Source of the DNA: Candidatus Hodarchaeota archaeon
Lineage (GTDB): Archaea; Asgardarchaeota; Lokiarchaeia; Sigyniarchaeales; SOKP01
NCBI GenBank assembly: GCA_048886685.1
Contig: JBHLKM010000012.1
Span: 17,576 to 81,575, forward strand
Direction: 5' to 3'
DNA length: 64,000 bases
Positions 49,708-60,267 of this stretch are shown here, one piece after another. The notes beneath the pieces were generated by a model. That model made no database searches and had not been told where the DNA came from. It saw nothing but the letters and a program-made list of their open reading frames with translations. Position 1 is the stretch's first letter, and every line of letters starts with the position of its first letter. The position numbers and the translations under genes were made by a program.

Positions 49708-52245
49708 TTAATTATCTACTTCAACATCTCGATGCTGCATTTCTAAAAGACGTTTATATTTTCCATTCAAGGAAAGTAATAATTCATGATCTCCTTGTTC
49801 TATTATACCTTTTTTATCTCCACTTAGTACTACTATTAGATCAGCATTTTTAATTGTTGAAAGACGATGTGCGATGATAATCGTTGTTCGTCCCTTACGT
49901 GCTTTATTTAGCGCATCTTGAATTAATGTCTCAGTGTATGGGTCTACAGAAGATGTAGCTTCATCTAGAATTAAGACTTTAGGGTCAGTTATAAGTGCTC
50001 TCGCAAAAGCTATTAATTGTCTTTGACCAATTGAAATATTTGATGCGTTTTCCTTTAATTTTGTATCATATTTCTTATGAAGTGTCTCAATAAAGTTATG
50101 TAACCCTAAAAATTTTGAGACTTCAATCATCTTAGCTTCATCTTCTGGGGTTGGATTTTCAAATGCATACAAAAGATTTTCTTTAATAGTACCAGTGAAA
50201 AGAAAAGCATCTTGGGGAACGAGTCCGAGTAGATCTCTTAAATCTTTTTTACGAACTTCTCGAATATCTATCCCATCAATGAGAATTTTTCCACTATTTA
50301 TATCATAGAAGCGCGCTATTAATTTAATTAATGTAGTCTTTCCTGCTCCTGTTTCCCCCACAATTGCTAAAGTGGTGCCTTCGGGTACATTTAGGGAAAC
50401 ATTTTTTAATACATAACCTTTAGATTGTTTATGTTGGAGGAGTGTTTTTTGTTCGTTTATTGCATCTTTTACTATTTTTGGAATGTTATCAAATATTTCA
50501 GGTGGAATAGAGACACTAGCAAGCATTTCGATCATAGATTTCGGTGACATTCCACTCATTCCACTACCCATCATACTTTCTTCTTCACCTCCCATCCCCC
50601 CACTCTGTTGGAGTGATGGATTGGAACGCAATGATCTTTCTAGAAACTTTACCATCATTGTTATGCCTTCTGGAGGTATCATTTTTTCTAAAGAAAAAGA
50701 TGGGATTGTTTTTGTTTCTTTCCCCTCTTGACTTTCTATAGTTTTAGGTTCGAATGAAATTTCGTAATCTGGATGATTATTAGCATAATCAGTATTAGGG
50801 ACGGCAAATTTAAATTCTCCAAGGATTTCATCAATCTTACTAGGAATTTCTGAAGGTTCACTTCTCATTAAATTAAACATTAATTTATGCCGAATATTAT
50901 CAGGCATTAACATTATATTTTTGAAAATAAAAGATGAATATGGTTTCGGGAGAGACTTTATCAGTTCAAACCCTTGCCTCATCATGGGATTTTGTGACAT
51001 GCTATTTTGAGCAAAAGGGAATGGTTTTATAGACTTTTCAACATCATCCTTACCATTGTTATCAAGAATATACCCAAAACTGACATCTTCAAATTCAATA
51101 GTTCCGTTTACTTCATTAAAAAGCTTAGGATTGATGTTATCAGGAATTTCACCTTCTTCTTCTAATAATGTATAGATTCGGTCACTTGCAGCCATCGAAG
51201 ATTGTATCACTTGTTGTATTTGCATTAACGTCATAAAAGGTCTAAAAAATTGCCCTAAATATACAACATATGCGGTGAGAACTCCTGGTGTGACTGCTAC
51301 GCCAAAAATTGATACCTCACCAATTAGGGCGTAACCACCAGCTAATAGAATACTTGCAGTAAGAATTGTAGATATTAAATTGATTAATGGGAAGATAGTA
51401 GCCATGTATCTGCGAATTCTGACCATCGCATTGTAATTTGCTGTATTAGCTGCATCAAATTCAGTGGAAGCCTTTCCCTCTTGACCATAAGCCTGAACTA
51501 CCTTTGCTCCGGCTATATTCTCTTGGATTGAAGAAGTAACCTTACTAATCGTTTTTCTCGATTCTTTAAAAAGCCCAATCGCAACTTTTCTGAAAAACCA
51601 CGATATTAATAAGAAGAATGGAAAGATGGGTAAACTAATTAAGGCTAAAAATGGATTTAAAAAAAACATTAATGTAATTGTTGAGATAATTAACACTATA
51701 CTACTAATAATTTGAACAAATTGCCCTCCTACTAACTGATTAAGTATCGTAACGTCATTAGTAGTTATTGACATAATATCTCCTGAGGATTTTTGATCGA
51801 AGTATGTAAGAGACATATCTTGTAGCTTAAAGAAAAGGTCATTCCTTATTTCAAAAGTCACTCTCTGTGAGATCTTACCCATTCCATATTGAGAGAAATA
51901 AGTAACTATCGCCATAAATACCATAAGTGACAAATAAATAACACTCAATATCAGAACATAATATGCATCTTCTCGTATGATGCCACGATCAATAATATTT
52001 GCTGACATTGCAGGAGTTATAGCAGAGATTAGTGTACCTGCTAAAAGCATGATGAGAAATAATGAAAATTTCCATTTAAATGGTGATAAATAGGAAAACA
52101 TCCATTTCCATAACGTTCTTCTCGAATGCTCTAGGTCTATTGCTTCAAAATCAACCATAAATCTAGGACGTGTCACTGCACTTGGTTGTATTATTTCCTG
52201 TTCTTCTACTTGTTCTGATTCTTCCTGGTTGGGTTTCTTTAACAA
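49708..52245 (-). CDS. ABC exporter half-transporter (TMD+NBD) with a large NBD insertion
   Basis: GETGAGKT, ISIGQ, LILDEAT, AHR; ~215-aa insert after FEDVSFGY. Confidence 0.9.
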   Translation of the reverse strand: MLKKPNQEESEQVEEQEIIQPSAVTRPRFMVDFEAIDLEHSRRTLWKWMFSYLSPFKWKFSLFLIMLLAGTLISAITPAMSANIIDRGIIREDAYYVLILSVIYLSLMVFMAIVTYFSQYGMGKISQRVTFEIRNDLFFKLQDMSLTYFDQKSSGDIMSITTNDVTILNQLVGGQFVQIISSIVLIISTITLMFFLNPFLALISLPIFPFFLLISWFFRKVAIGLFKESRKTISKVTSSIQENIAGAKVVQAYGQEGKASTEFDAANTANYNAMVRIRRYMATIFPLINLISTILTASILLAGGYALIGEVSIFGVAVTPGVLTAYVVYLGQFFRPFMTLMQIQQVIQSSMAASDRIYTLLEEEGEIPDNINPKLFNEVNGTIEFEDVSFGYILDNNGKDDVEKSIKPFPFAQNSMSQNPMMRQGFELIKSLPKPYSSFIFKNIMLMPDNIRHKLMFNLMRSEPSEIPSKIDEILGEFKFAVPNTDYANNHPDYEISFEPKTIESQEGKETKTIPSFSLEKMIPPEGITMMVKFLERSLRSNPSLQQSGGMGGEEESMMGSGMSGMSPKSMIEMLASVSIPPEIFDNIPKIVKDAINEQKTLLQHKQSKGYVLKNVSLNVPEGTTLAIVGETGAGKTTLIKLIARFYDINSGKILIDGIDIREVRKKDLRDLLGLVPQDAFLFTGTIKENLLYAFENPTPEDEAKMIEVSKFLGLHNFIETLHKKYDTKLKENASNISIGQRQLIAFARALITDPKVLILDEATSSVDPYTETLIQDALNKARKGRTTIIIAHRLSTIKNADLIVVLSGDKKGIIEQGDHELLLSLNGKYKRLLEMQHRDVEVDN

Positions 52246-52257
52246 TTTAGTTCACCT

Positions 52258-54033
52258 TTAATTACCTTCTGCTTCAACTTTAATTTTAGATTTTTGTTTC
52301 TGATATAGAGTTTCATAAATCTGTCTATATAAAACATTTGAATTAATCAATTCATTATGAGTTCCAAAACCAACAACCCTTCCCCTATCTAAAATTAGAA
52401 TGCAATCTGCTCCTCTAATTGTAGAAATTCTCTGGGTAATAATAATGGTAGTTGTTCCCTTCATTATTCTCAACAATTCCTTTTGAATTTGAAATTCTGT
52501 TTCTACATCGACCGAACTTGTGGAATCGTCAAGGATCAATATTTTAGGTTTGATAAGTAAGGCTCTGGCTATAGATAAACGTTGTTTTTGACCCCCTGAC
52601 AGTCTTGTGCCTCTTTCTCCTACAATAGAATCGTAACCTTTTGGTAAGGATAATATGAACTCATGTAAATTCGCAATTTTGGATACTTCGATTATTTCTT
52701 CTTTGGTAGCATCATCTTTACCATAGGCAATATTATCTGCAATACTTTTATTGAAAAGAAAAGTTTCTTGAGAAACAATTCCAATATTTTTACGTAAATC
52801 CTTTATAAAATATTTTCGAATGTCAACATTGTCAATTTTTATAATACCATCATTAACTTCATAGAAACGTGGAATTAAATTGATAATGGTTGATTTACCT
52901 GAACCTGTCGTACCCAATATCGCTAAAGTCTTTCCCGCGAGGACATCAAATGACACATTTTTTAATATTCTATGATCTTGAGTATATCCAAATGTTACAT
53001 TATCAAATTCGATATAACCATTCAAAGAACCTACAGCTATCGCATCGGGTAAGTCATTTATGTCTGGTGTTGATTCTAATACCTCCCTAACACGTGTAAG
53101 TGCTGCATCAGCCTGAATATAAGCTAACAGTATCTGTCCAAACATCATTAATGGAAAACTAAGAGAGATGATATATGATTGCAATGTGCTCAAAGTAGCT
53201 AAATCCATTAATCCTTCAATATATCTAATACCACCAATAAGGAGGGTTATAATCGTCATGAAACCAATTATCAAATAAACTAAAGGCATATAAACAGAAT
53301 TATATTTTACAGATTGAACACTCGCTTCATAGAATCTAGTGTTGTTTTTTAAGAATTTTTGACGTTCTTTATTTTGAGTACTAAACATCCGTACCACCTG
53401 AGCTCCCACAATATTTTCTCTCATTGTATTTGTTAATTCACCAAAACTTTCTCGTGTTTCTAAAAAAATTGGTTTTAGCTTTTTTGCAATATAATATGAG
53501 ATCACAAGAGCTGATGTAATTGTTATTGCTAAGATGAATGATAATTCTAAACTAAATAATAGAAATCCTCCTACTACACCTATCATTTGAAGAGTTGATT
53601 GAAGTCCTAATGTTAATCCCATACCAAATATCATCTGAGTTTCTTCAATATCACTTGTAGCTCTAGATATCAATTGACCTGTCTCAGTCTTATCAAAATA
53701 TGAAAATGACTGGCGATAAATTGCATTACTAATATCAGTACGAAGATGATAAATTGCTCTAGAGGAAACTTCTGCTCCCTTGAGTCTTGCAACTCTATTT
53801 GAGATATATCTCAATGTCGTAAAAACTATAATGACAAAAAAACTCACCCAAAATCGAATGATTCGTGAACTTGAACTAATAGAAAGCCTAGGATCAAGCG
53901 CTCCAACCATTCTTCCAATGAAAACGGGGATAATCATGTAAAAAATAGTTGATAAAAGCAGATATACAAATTCAAAAATAAAATACTTTTTCGATTTTAA
54001 CCAATATTTTATTATCATCTGCACTGAATTCAT
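52258..54033 (-). CDS. ABC exporter half-transporter, degenerate-site partner
   Basis: GTTGSGKS, LSGGQ, LILDDST (E to D), ITQR (H to Q): heterodimeric exporter pattern. Confidence 0.92.
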   Translation of the reverse strand: MNSVQMIIKYWLKSKKYFIFEFVYLLLSTIFYMIIPVFIGRMVGALDPRLSISSSSRIIRFWVSFFVIIVFTTLRYISNRVARLKGAEVSSRAIYHLRTDISNAIYRQSFSYFDKTETGQLISRATSDIEETQMIFGMGLTLGLQSTLQMIGVVGGFLLFSLELSFILAITITSALVISYYIAKKLKPIFLETRESFGELTNTMRENIVGAQVVRMFSTQNKERQKFLKNNTRFYEASVQSVKYNSVYMPLVYLIIGFMTIITLLIGGIRYIEGLMDLATLSTLQSYIISLSFPLMMFGQILLAYIQADAALTRVREVLESTPDINDLPDAIAVGSLNGYIEFDNVTFGYTQDHRILKNVSFDVLAGKTLAILGTTGSGKSTIINLIPRFYEVNDGIIKIDNVDIRKYFIKDLRKNIGIVSQETFLFNKSIADNIAYGKDDATKEEIIEVSKIANLHEFILSLPKGYDSIVGERGTRLSGGQKQRLSIARALLIKPKILILDDSTSSVDVETEFQIQKELLRIMKGTTTIIITQRISTIRGADCILILDRGRVVGFGTHNELINSNVLYRQIYETLYQKQKSKIKVEAEGN

Positions 54034-54052
54034 TGATTTTAACTCTCCTTTA

Positions 54053-54607
54053 CTAATCCGTTTTTTTGTCTAACTGTAGAATAATTTCTTCAATTTTTTG
54101 TAATCTCGTATTTAATCTGGTTATATCTTGAGAAATTCTCATTTTTTGAAGTTTTAAAAATTCCAATTTTTCTTTTTCAGATTTTTCATCTAATCTATTT
54201 AAAATGATGTTAAAAGGACCATGTTTATGAAATCCTTTAGGAATTACGCCTTCATCATCTCCAAGCATTGCAGTTTTTAAGGTTTCAATTGACTCATCAA
54301 TAATATTTTGTTTTTCGAGCATTAATTTTAATGTTGCATTTCCTTTAGGTGTAACTTGATAAATTTTCCTGTTTCTCCCTTCTACTTGTTCCTCTGTATA
54401 AGTAATCAAACCTTTATCTGTCATATCTTTCAGTACAGTGTACATGGTAGATGAAGGAGGATCCCATATCCCTAGAGTTCTTTTTTCAATTTCTTTACCG
54501 ATTTTATAACCATAAGAAGGATTTCTTTCGAGAACGATTAATATAAGAGCGTTTATAAATCCTGTTTTCATGGCATTTTCAAATTTCTCAGCTAATTTCT
54601 CTGCCAT
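54053..54607 (-). CDS. PadR family transcriptional regulator
   Basis: YGYKI, STMYTVL, RKIYQVTPKG; first gene of the ABC operon. Confidence 0.9.
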   Translation of the reverse strand: MAEKLAEKFENAMKTGFINALILIVLERNPSYGYKIGKEIEKRTLGIWDPPSSTMYTVLKDMTDKGLITYTEEQVEGRNRKIYQVTPKGNATLKLMLEKQNIIDESIETLKTAMLGDDEGVIPKGFHKHGPFNIILNRLDEKSEKEKLEFLKLQKMRISQDITRLNTRLQKIEEIILQLDKKTD

Positions 54608-54744
54608 ATCTTTTACCCTAATTTTTAGAATATCTCATATATTGATATATATCAATATTATAATATTAAAAAACTTTTTTGTTTTGTTATATAGGATAAT
54701 TATAACAGTCCTAAATTATTATAATAAAAAAAAATTGATTTTGA

Positions 54745-56082
54745 ATGACAGAAGTTTATATTTCAGATACCTCAGAATCTATAGATAAAGCGGTTAGAGA
54801 GATATTCTCATACTTAGAAAAATCAAAGATTCCTATTTTAAAAGACTCAAATAAGGTATATATAAAAGTTAATGGAATAGATTTTAAGAAACATACCTAC
54901 ACCTCTCCCGAAGTATTGGAAGCTGTAATAAAATATCTGAAATCAATCAACGCTAAAATAATCGTTATGGAGAATTCGACTCAAGCGAATTTAACGAGAT
55001 TGGTTTTTACCATTAACGGTTATAAGGAGATATGTGAAAAATTAGGAGTAGATATTTTATATTTAGATGAAGAAGATACAAAAACCTATGAATTCCACGG
55101 AAAACCTTCAGTTGAAGAAGAACCAGATGGATATAACTTAAAGACCTTCAGGTTACCCCTTACGATAGTTGAAATTATAGAAAATCGAGATAGCATAACT
55201 TATATCAATATACCAAAATTAAAAACTCATTCAATGGCAGGAGTCACACTTGGTTTTAAAAATCAATGGGGTTTTCCTCAACATGCAGATCGAGGAAAAG
55301 ATCATAACTATAATTTGCATTCGAAACTGGTTGATTTATATGAATTGATTAAACCTGATATAACAATTATAGACGGGATTGAAGGAACAATCCATGGTCA
55401 TTATCCTCCCACGGTATGGGAAGATCGGCTTATTAAGCAATTTAATATTTTGATTGGTGGTAGAGATACTTTAGCCGTAGATATAGTGGGTGCAAGAATT
55501 TTTGGTTTAACTAAAGATGAGATTCCCCATTTAAAAATTGCCTATGAAAGAGGTTTAGGACAGGGAGATCTGAACAAAATTAAAGTAATTGGGAAGAACT
55601 TGAATGATTATAAAGAGAAATATGAATGGGATTTATTACAAGAATTCCCTGATGATATTAAAATTGTAAAAGGTAAAGAACTTTTATGCAGAGAGGGTTG
55701 TCAGAATAATCCTCTATCAACATTACAAGTTTTCGCTAATGATTATAAAGACAAATTTAAGGGTGGCTGGTTTTTGATTATGGGAAAAGGTCATGAAAAA
55801 AATCTTATTGAAAAATTAAAAACTGAAGGTTTTACCAAAGGTCTTGTAGCAGGATATTGTGCTATTGATGAAGTAGGCAAACAAATAAGAAAGGAGTTTG
55901 GCCGGAGGAACGTGTTTTTCTCAGGCGATTGTAATAACTTAGCAGACACCGTTACTGCGATTCTTAAGTTGTCAGGTATGAGTGCTCTTGACTTAGTGCC
56001 ATTTTCATTTGATAAACTAATGGAAATAATCCAAGAAGCACAAAAACATGGGACTACAGCTTTAATTACAACTGCATTTTGA
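54745..56082 (+). CDS. DUF362 domain protein
   Basis: IKVN, TSPEV, NIPKLKTH, TLGFKN.WG, IDGI, AVD; Cys-containing C-terminus. Confidence 0.85.
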   Translation: MTEVYISDTSESIDKAVREIFSYLEKSKIPILKDSNKVYIKVNGIDFKKHTYTSPEVLEAVIKYLKSINAKIIVMENSTQANLTRLVFTINGYKEICEKLGVDILYLDEEDTKTYEFHGKPSVEEEPDGYNLKTFRLPLTIVEIIENRDSITYINIPKLKTHSMAGVTLGFKNQWGFPQHADRGKDHNYNLHSKLVDLYELIKPDITIIDGIEGTIHGHYPPTVWEDRLIKQFNILIGGRDTLAVDIVGARIFGLTKDEIPHLKIAYERGLGQGDLNKIKVIGKNLNDYKEKYEWDLLQEFPDDIKIVKGKELLCREGCQNNPLSTLQVFANDYKDKFKGGWFLIMGKGHEKNLIEKLKTEGFTKGLVAGYCAIDEVGKQIRKEFGRRNVFFSGDCNNLADTVTAILKLSGMSALDLVPFSFDKLMEIIQEAQKHGTTALITTAF

Positions 56083-56151
56083 AATCTATATCTTTTCCGT
56101 ATTTCATTAAATGATAAATTTTTATAAAGAATATTAACGAATAAAATTATT

Positions 56152-56901
56152 GTGAATTTAAGTTCCGTTTATTCCAAATTAAAGCAACTTCTATCAATCT
56201 CTGATGACAGTTTTGATTTAGAACAATATATTAATCGTCATTTTAAAACAGAACCAGATGAGTTTAAACTGGAAATTCTTGGCGATATCTTAAACTTTGT
56301 TAACAAATTTACAATGTTTAAAGATATTAAGCTATTCATGATTTCTCTTTATATATGTATTACCAAGACTCTTGAAATTAGACCAGATTCAGTTTTTGAT
56401 TTCGAAGAGCTATTAGTTAAAAATGCAATAATGTATTTCGTGCAGGAACATATAAATTATACTAAAATTACTCAGAAAAATCAAGTATTAGAATATCTAA
56501 CAGACTCATTGGAAAAGCTCGAAACCCAACCCCTAATTATGAATTTGGGATTATTAATTAAACCAATGTATCAAGATCAAAGCTACATTTCTAATTTAAA
56601 TAATATTAAAGAAGTTGAAGTTAGTTATAATCTTACTAATGGAACTGAAATTCAAATAAAAAGTGAAATAGATAATTGGCTTAAAATTCAAGAAATAAAT
56701 TTAGAGAAACAAGAAGAACTTCAAGAAAATTTATCCAAAGAGCTAGATAAACTACTTTCTAAATATAACATATCGAAAACTTCAGAAAAATCCAAGAAAT
56801 TGCATATGGAAGCAGCTGAAATGCTCAACATGAAACTAACAATGTTAAGTTTAATGGAACAGGTTTCAGATGATTCATATGAGCCAATCCCAATTAAGTA
56901 A
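56152..56901 (+). CDS. hypothetical helical protein
   Basis: 249-aa ORF with no recognised motif. Confidence 0.7.
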   Translation: MNLSSVYSKLKQLLSISDDSFDLEQYINRHFKTEPDEFKLEILGDILNFVNKFTMFKDIKLFMISLYICITKTLEIRPDSVFDFEELLVKNAIMYFVQEHINYTKITQKNQVLEYLTDSLEKLETQPLIMNLGLLIKPMYQDQSYISNLNNIKEVEVSYNLTNGTEIQIKSEIDNWLKIQEINLEKQEELQENLSKELDKLLSKYNISKTSEKSKKLHMEAAEMLNMKLTMLSLMEQVSDDSYEPIPIK

Positions 56902-57037
56902 TCCTAAAAAGATTGATTAATTTGGATTGAATATAGTTAATTATTGATAATTCATAATTTTCTCTATATGCAAATCTAAAAAGAATTAAATACCAATTTT
57001 ACTATTATATTTAAATATGTTTTTTAAACTTTAGAAA

Positions 57038-58405
57038 GTGAGTATAATGGGTGAAAATGAAAAACCTCCAACTAAGGAAGAAATTGTAGCAGATAAAAAG
57101 CTGGTAGGTGACCTCTATAAAAAAGAAAAAGAAGAAAGAGAAACTTACCTAAAAATTACCGAGGAGGAAAGAAAAAAAGCTTTTGATGAGAGCACTAAAC
57201 TAATTTCGGATTTAATAGATGAAAAAGCATTCATGATTGATCGTCATAAAGAAACTACTGCTCAATTGAAAGAATTACATCCAGATATAGAGGGAACAGC
57301 AGAAAAGATCGAAAAATCTGTTGGTGAAAAGGCTTTTATGATTGATAGACAAAAAGATACTACAGCTCAACTAAAAGGAATACATCCTGATATCGAAGGA
57401 ACAGCAGGAAAAATCGAAAAATCATTAGGTGAAAAAGCATTTTTGATCAACAGACAAAAAGAAGATGCAGCTCGACGAATAGAACTTCATCCCGATATTA
57501 AAGGTACAGGAGAGAGAATTGAAAAATCAATTGGGGAAAAAGCCTTTATGATTGAAAGGCAAAGAGAAAGCGTAACTCAATTAAAAGAATTACATCCTGA
57601 TATCGAAGGTACAGCAGGAAAGATTGAAAAATCTGTTGGTGAAAAGGCATTCATGATAGACAAACAAAAGGAGATTGCAGCTCAACGGGCTGAATTACAT
57701 CCAGACATCGAAGGTACAGCAGGAAAGATTGAAAAATCTGTTGGTGAAAAAGCATTCATGATTGACAGGCAAAAGGAGATTGTAGCTCAACGGGCTGAAT
57801 TACATCCAGACATCGAAGGTACAGCAGGAAAGATTGAAAAATCTGTTGGTGAAAAAGCATTCATGATAGACAGGCAAAAAGAAACTACAGCAAAACTAAA
57901 AGAAATACACCCAGATATAATAGGTACCGGTGAAAAAATTGAAAAATCACTAGGGGAAAAAGCATTTATGGCGGAAAGACAAAAAGAAACTTTAGCTCAA
58001 CGAGTGGGAATCCATGCAGATATAGAAGGTACTGCAAAACAGATTGAAAAATCTATTGGAGAAAAAGCATTTATGGTAGAAAGACAAAAAGAAACTTTAG
58101 CTCAACGGGCGGGAATCCACGCAGATATAGAAGGTACTGCTAAACAAATTGAAAAATCTGTTGAAGAAAAAGCATTTATGATTGATCGTCGGAAAAATAC
58201 TGTAGCACATCTAAAAGAACTTCATCCTGACATATCTGGGACTGCTGAAAAAATTTCTAGCACAATTGAAAAAAGGGCAAAGGAAATTGAAGAGCAAAAA
58301 GAAATTGTAGATAAACAAATAGATATAAAAACGGATGCGAAAACCATCGTTGAAAAGTTCGAAACTGAAGTTGAAAAAATTAAAAAAGATGATGAAGAAA
58401 CCTAA
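57038..58405 (+). CDS. tandem-repeat protein (10 x 35 aa)
   Basis: Repeat consensus EKAFMIDRQKETxAQLxELHPDIEGTAxKIEKSVG. Confidence 0.85.
   Translation: MSIMGENEKPPTKEEIVADKKLVGDLYKKEKEERETYLKITEEERKKAFDESTKLISDLIDEKAFMIDRHKETTAQLKELHPDIEGTAEKIEKSVGEKAFMIDRQKDTTAQLKGIHPDIEGTAGKIEKSLGEKAFLINRQKEDAARRIELHPDIKGTGERIEKSIGEKAFMIERQRESVTQLKELHPDIEGTAGKIEKSVGEKAFMIDKQKEIAAQRAELHPDIEGTAGKIEKSVGEKAFMIDRQKEIVAQRAELHPDIEGTAGKIEKSVGEKAFMIDRQKETTAKLKEIHPDIIGTGEKIEKSLGEKAFMAERQKETLAQRVGIHADIEGTAKQIEKSIGEKAFMVERQKETLAQRAGIHADIEGTAKQIEKSVEEKAFMIDRRKNTVAHLKELHPDISGTAEKISSTIEKRAKEIEEQKEIVDKQIDIKTDAKTIVEKFETEVEKIKKDDEET
57221..58270 (+). repeat. ten 105-bp coding tandem repeats
   Basis: Units start at 57221, 57326, 57431, 57536, 57641, 57746, 57851, 57956, 58061 and 58166. 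Confidence 0.95.
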
Positions 58406-58420
58406 TCTTAAATTTAGAGT

Positions 58421-58909
58421 TTAAAATCTAGCATTGAATTTGAAAACTGAGTTTAAATTCATGCATTCTAGTCTTTTTTTATAATCTATTATGGCAGGAG
58501 CTATTGAGCCGTTAAAATTATTAATATAATTCTTGAACCGATAATAGAAATCTTCAAGAATTTCTCTAATAATTCCTCTTTCCATTTGAAGATCGTTCTT
58601 TTTAGTAATTGCTATAACTAACAAACGGCCCTCCCGTTCATATAATATTCTAGTATCCCTAAAATTAATTTCCTGAAGTTCTTCATTCACACCTTCTTTG
58701 ACTTCATTAATGAACAAATTTATAGCATTTAAAAAGCTACAAATTAAATCATCCTTTAAAAAACTCAAATTATTAGAAAATCTGTTGCTAACTAGCAATG
58801 CACTTGTTTCATAATCCAAGATGTAAATAGCATGAAAAAGATTTTCTTGAGGATTAATTTTTTCTAAACTAAAACCATAATTTCGATTTATTTTGTTATG
58901 GAAAGACAT
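58421..58909 (-). CDS. longin-like domain protein
   Basis: IYILDYETSALLV, DLICSFLNAINLF, LQEINF, FYYRF...FNG. Confidence 0.72.
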   Translation of the reverse strand: MSFHNKINRNYGFSLEKINPQENLFHAIYILDYETSALLVSNRFSNNLSFLKDDLICSFLNAINLFINEVKEGVNEELQEINFRDTRILYEREGRLLVIAITKKNDLQMERGIIREILEDFYYRFKNYINNFNGSIAPAIIDYKKRLECMNLNSVFKFNARF

Positions 58910-59111
58910 ATTAAAAACTCGATTTAATAACCTTATGAATACATTCTACTAGAAGAACGTATCAAATAACCAATATTAAATTTAGATATAAAATACAAAT
59001 ATCATCTTTATGTTACTTGAGTAATACTTATAAAAAAATCCAAAAAAATCATAAAAATTTATATAGTTTTCTGAAATATTACCCTTAATTACCCAAAAGT
59101 TTTTGATTATT

Positions 59112-59573
59112 ATGGAAACCAACAATACAGTACAAAAAAATAAGATTTCAGTAGGCTTAATTCTGACTAATAATGAATTAAACAGCAACCCGATTTTTCC
59201 CACTGAAATTAAAGAAGAAATCCTAGATTCTCCTCATTATTTGCTGATTTTTATTTCAAGAGAAGATGTGGTTAAAATTAGTTGCTTTCCGACTCAGAAA
59301 AAAAACATTAAAAAAATTCTTATAAAATTAAAAGAATTTTCACCCGATCTCGTAAAAGGCATATCAAATGTATTAAATGATCTTAATTTAAGCAAAGAAA
59401 TCCTTCATACCACTGGTCTCTGCTATGAAATGGAGAAATGCTTCTATGAAACATATTTAACCGCGGATATAATCGATTCAGGAGAATTATCAGTCGATAA
59501 TATTCAAAATAAATTCATGTCTGTAGCTAACGTATTAAATGTTCATATCGAAGATATACCTTCACTTTCATAG
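59112..59573 (+). CDS. hypothetical protein, possibly with a C-terminal ACT-like fold
   Basis: IKLKEFSPDLVKGISNVL...ILHTTGLC pattern. Confidence 0.6.
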   Translation: METNNTVQKNKISVGLILTNNELNSNPIFPTEIKEEILDSPHYLLIFISREDVVKISCFPTQKKNIKKILIKLKEFSPDLVKGISNVLNDLNLSKEILHTTGLCYEMEKCFYETYLTADIIDSGELSVDNIQNKFMSVANVLNVHIEDIPSLS

Positions 59574-59658
59574 TTTTATTGTTTCTTTAATAAACACTTT
59601 ATTTTTTGTTAATATCTGATAATATTCATAATTTAGAAAATTCTTACAATGTGATTTA

Positions 59659-59865
59659 ATGAATAATAAAAAAGCACCTCCCCCTCCGGTTCTCCCACCC
59701 TCAATTAAAATTGATGAAAACTTCTGTCTTCTGCATAAAGGGGATATCCAAGGAGAAATTTATACTTGTCCTAGCTGTAAGACAAAATATTGCATGAAAT
59801 GTGCTGAAAAAGCAAGCAAGAAAGCAGAACTTTGTGTAAAATGTAAACATTTAATACTAACATGA
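59659..59865 (+). CDS. small RING/PHD-like Zn finger with N-terminal polyproline
   Basis: PPPPVLPP then C-x2-H-x10-C-x2-C-x4-C-x2-C-x10-C-x2-C. Confidence 0.75.
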   Translation: MNNKKAPPPPVLPPSIKIDENFCLLHKGDIQGEIYTCPSCKTKYCMKCAEKASKKAELCVKCKHLILT

Positions 59866-59880
59866 AAAAAAAAATCTTCT

Positions 59881-60267
59881 TTATTCTTCTACTTGCTTAA
59901 TTGCGCCAATAGATCTCCACCCTAACCAAAAAATAAGCATTACTATTATAAATATGAATAGAGTAGTGGCAAATACGTACCCTCCAACAAAGAGATCAAC
60001 TATGATTAAAAATGGAATACCCGCAATGGTAAATCCTAGCATATATCCATACCCCCAGTATCTGTTTTTTAATCCAATAATAACCCCTGGAATGATTGTT
60101 GTAAAAATCACTGTTAAATATGACCAAATTGCCATTGAATTAAAAATTATAATCATATTTATCCAAGAAGCAAAAAATCCTATAACTATCCAGAATACTG
60201 TGAAAATAGTAAATTTAAACTCGGGTTCTGGTCGTCCTACTGTTTGTTCTTTTTTCTTGCTTGACAT
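59881..60267 (-). CDS. small 4-TM membrane protein
   Basis: 128 aa, four hydrophobic segments. Confidence 0.7.
   Translation of the reverse strand: MSSKKKEQTVGRPEPEFKFTIFTVFWIVIGFFASWINMIIIFNSMAIWSYLTVIFTTIIPGVIIGLKNRYWGYGYMLGFTIAGIPFLIIVDLFVGGYVFATTLFIFIIVMLIFWLGWRSIGAIKQVEE

Noticed and set aside
50419-51069. Intein in the ABC ATPase
   Set aside because: No N-terminal Cys/Ser block, no His-Asn followed by Cys/Ser/Thr, and no endonuclease motifs.
57221-58270. CRISPR array
   Set aside because: The units are contiguous in-frame coding repeats with synonymous variation and no unique spacers.
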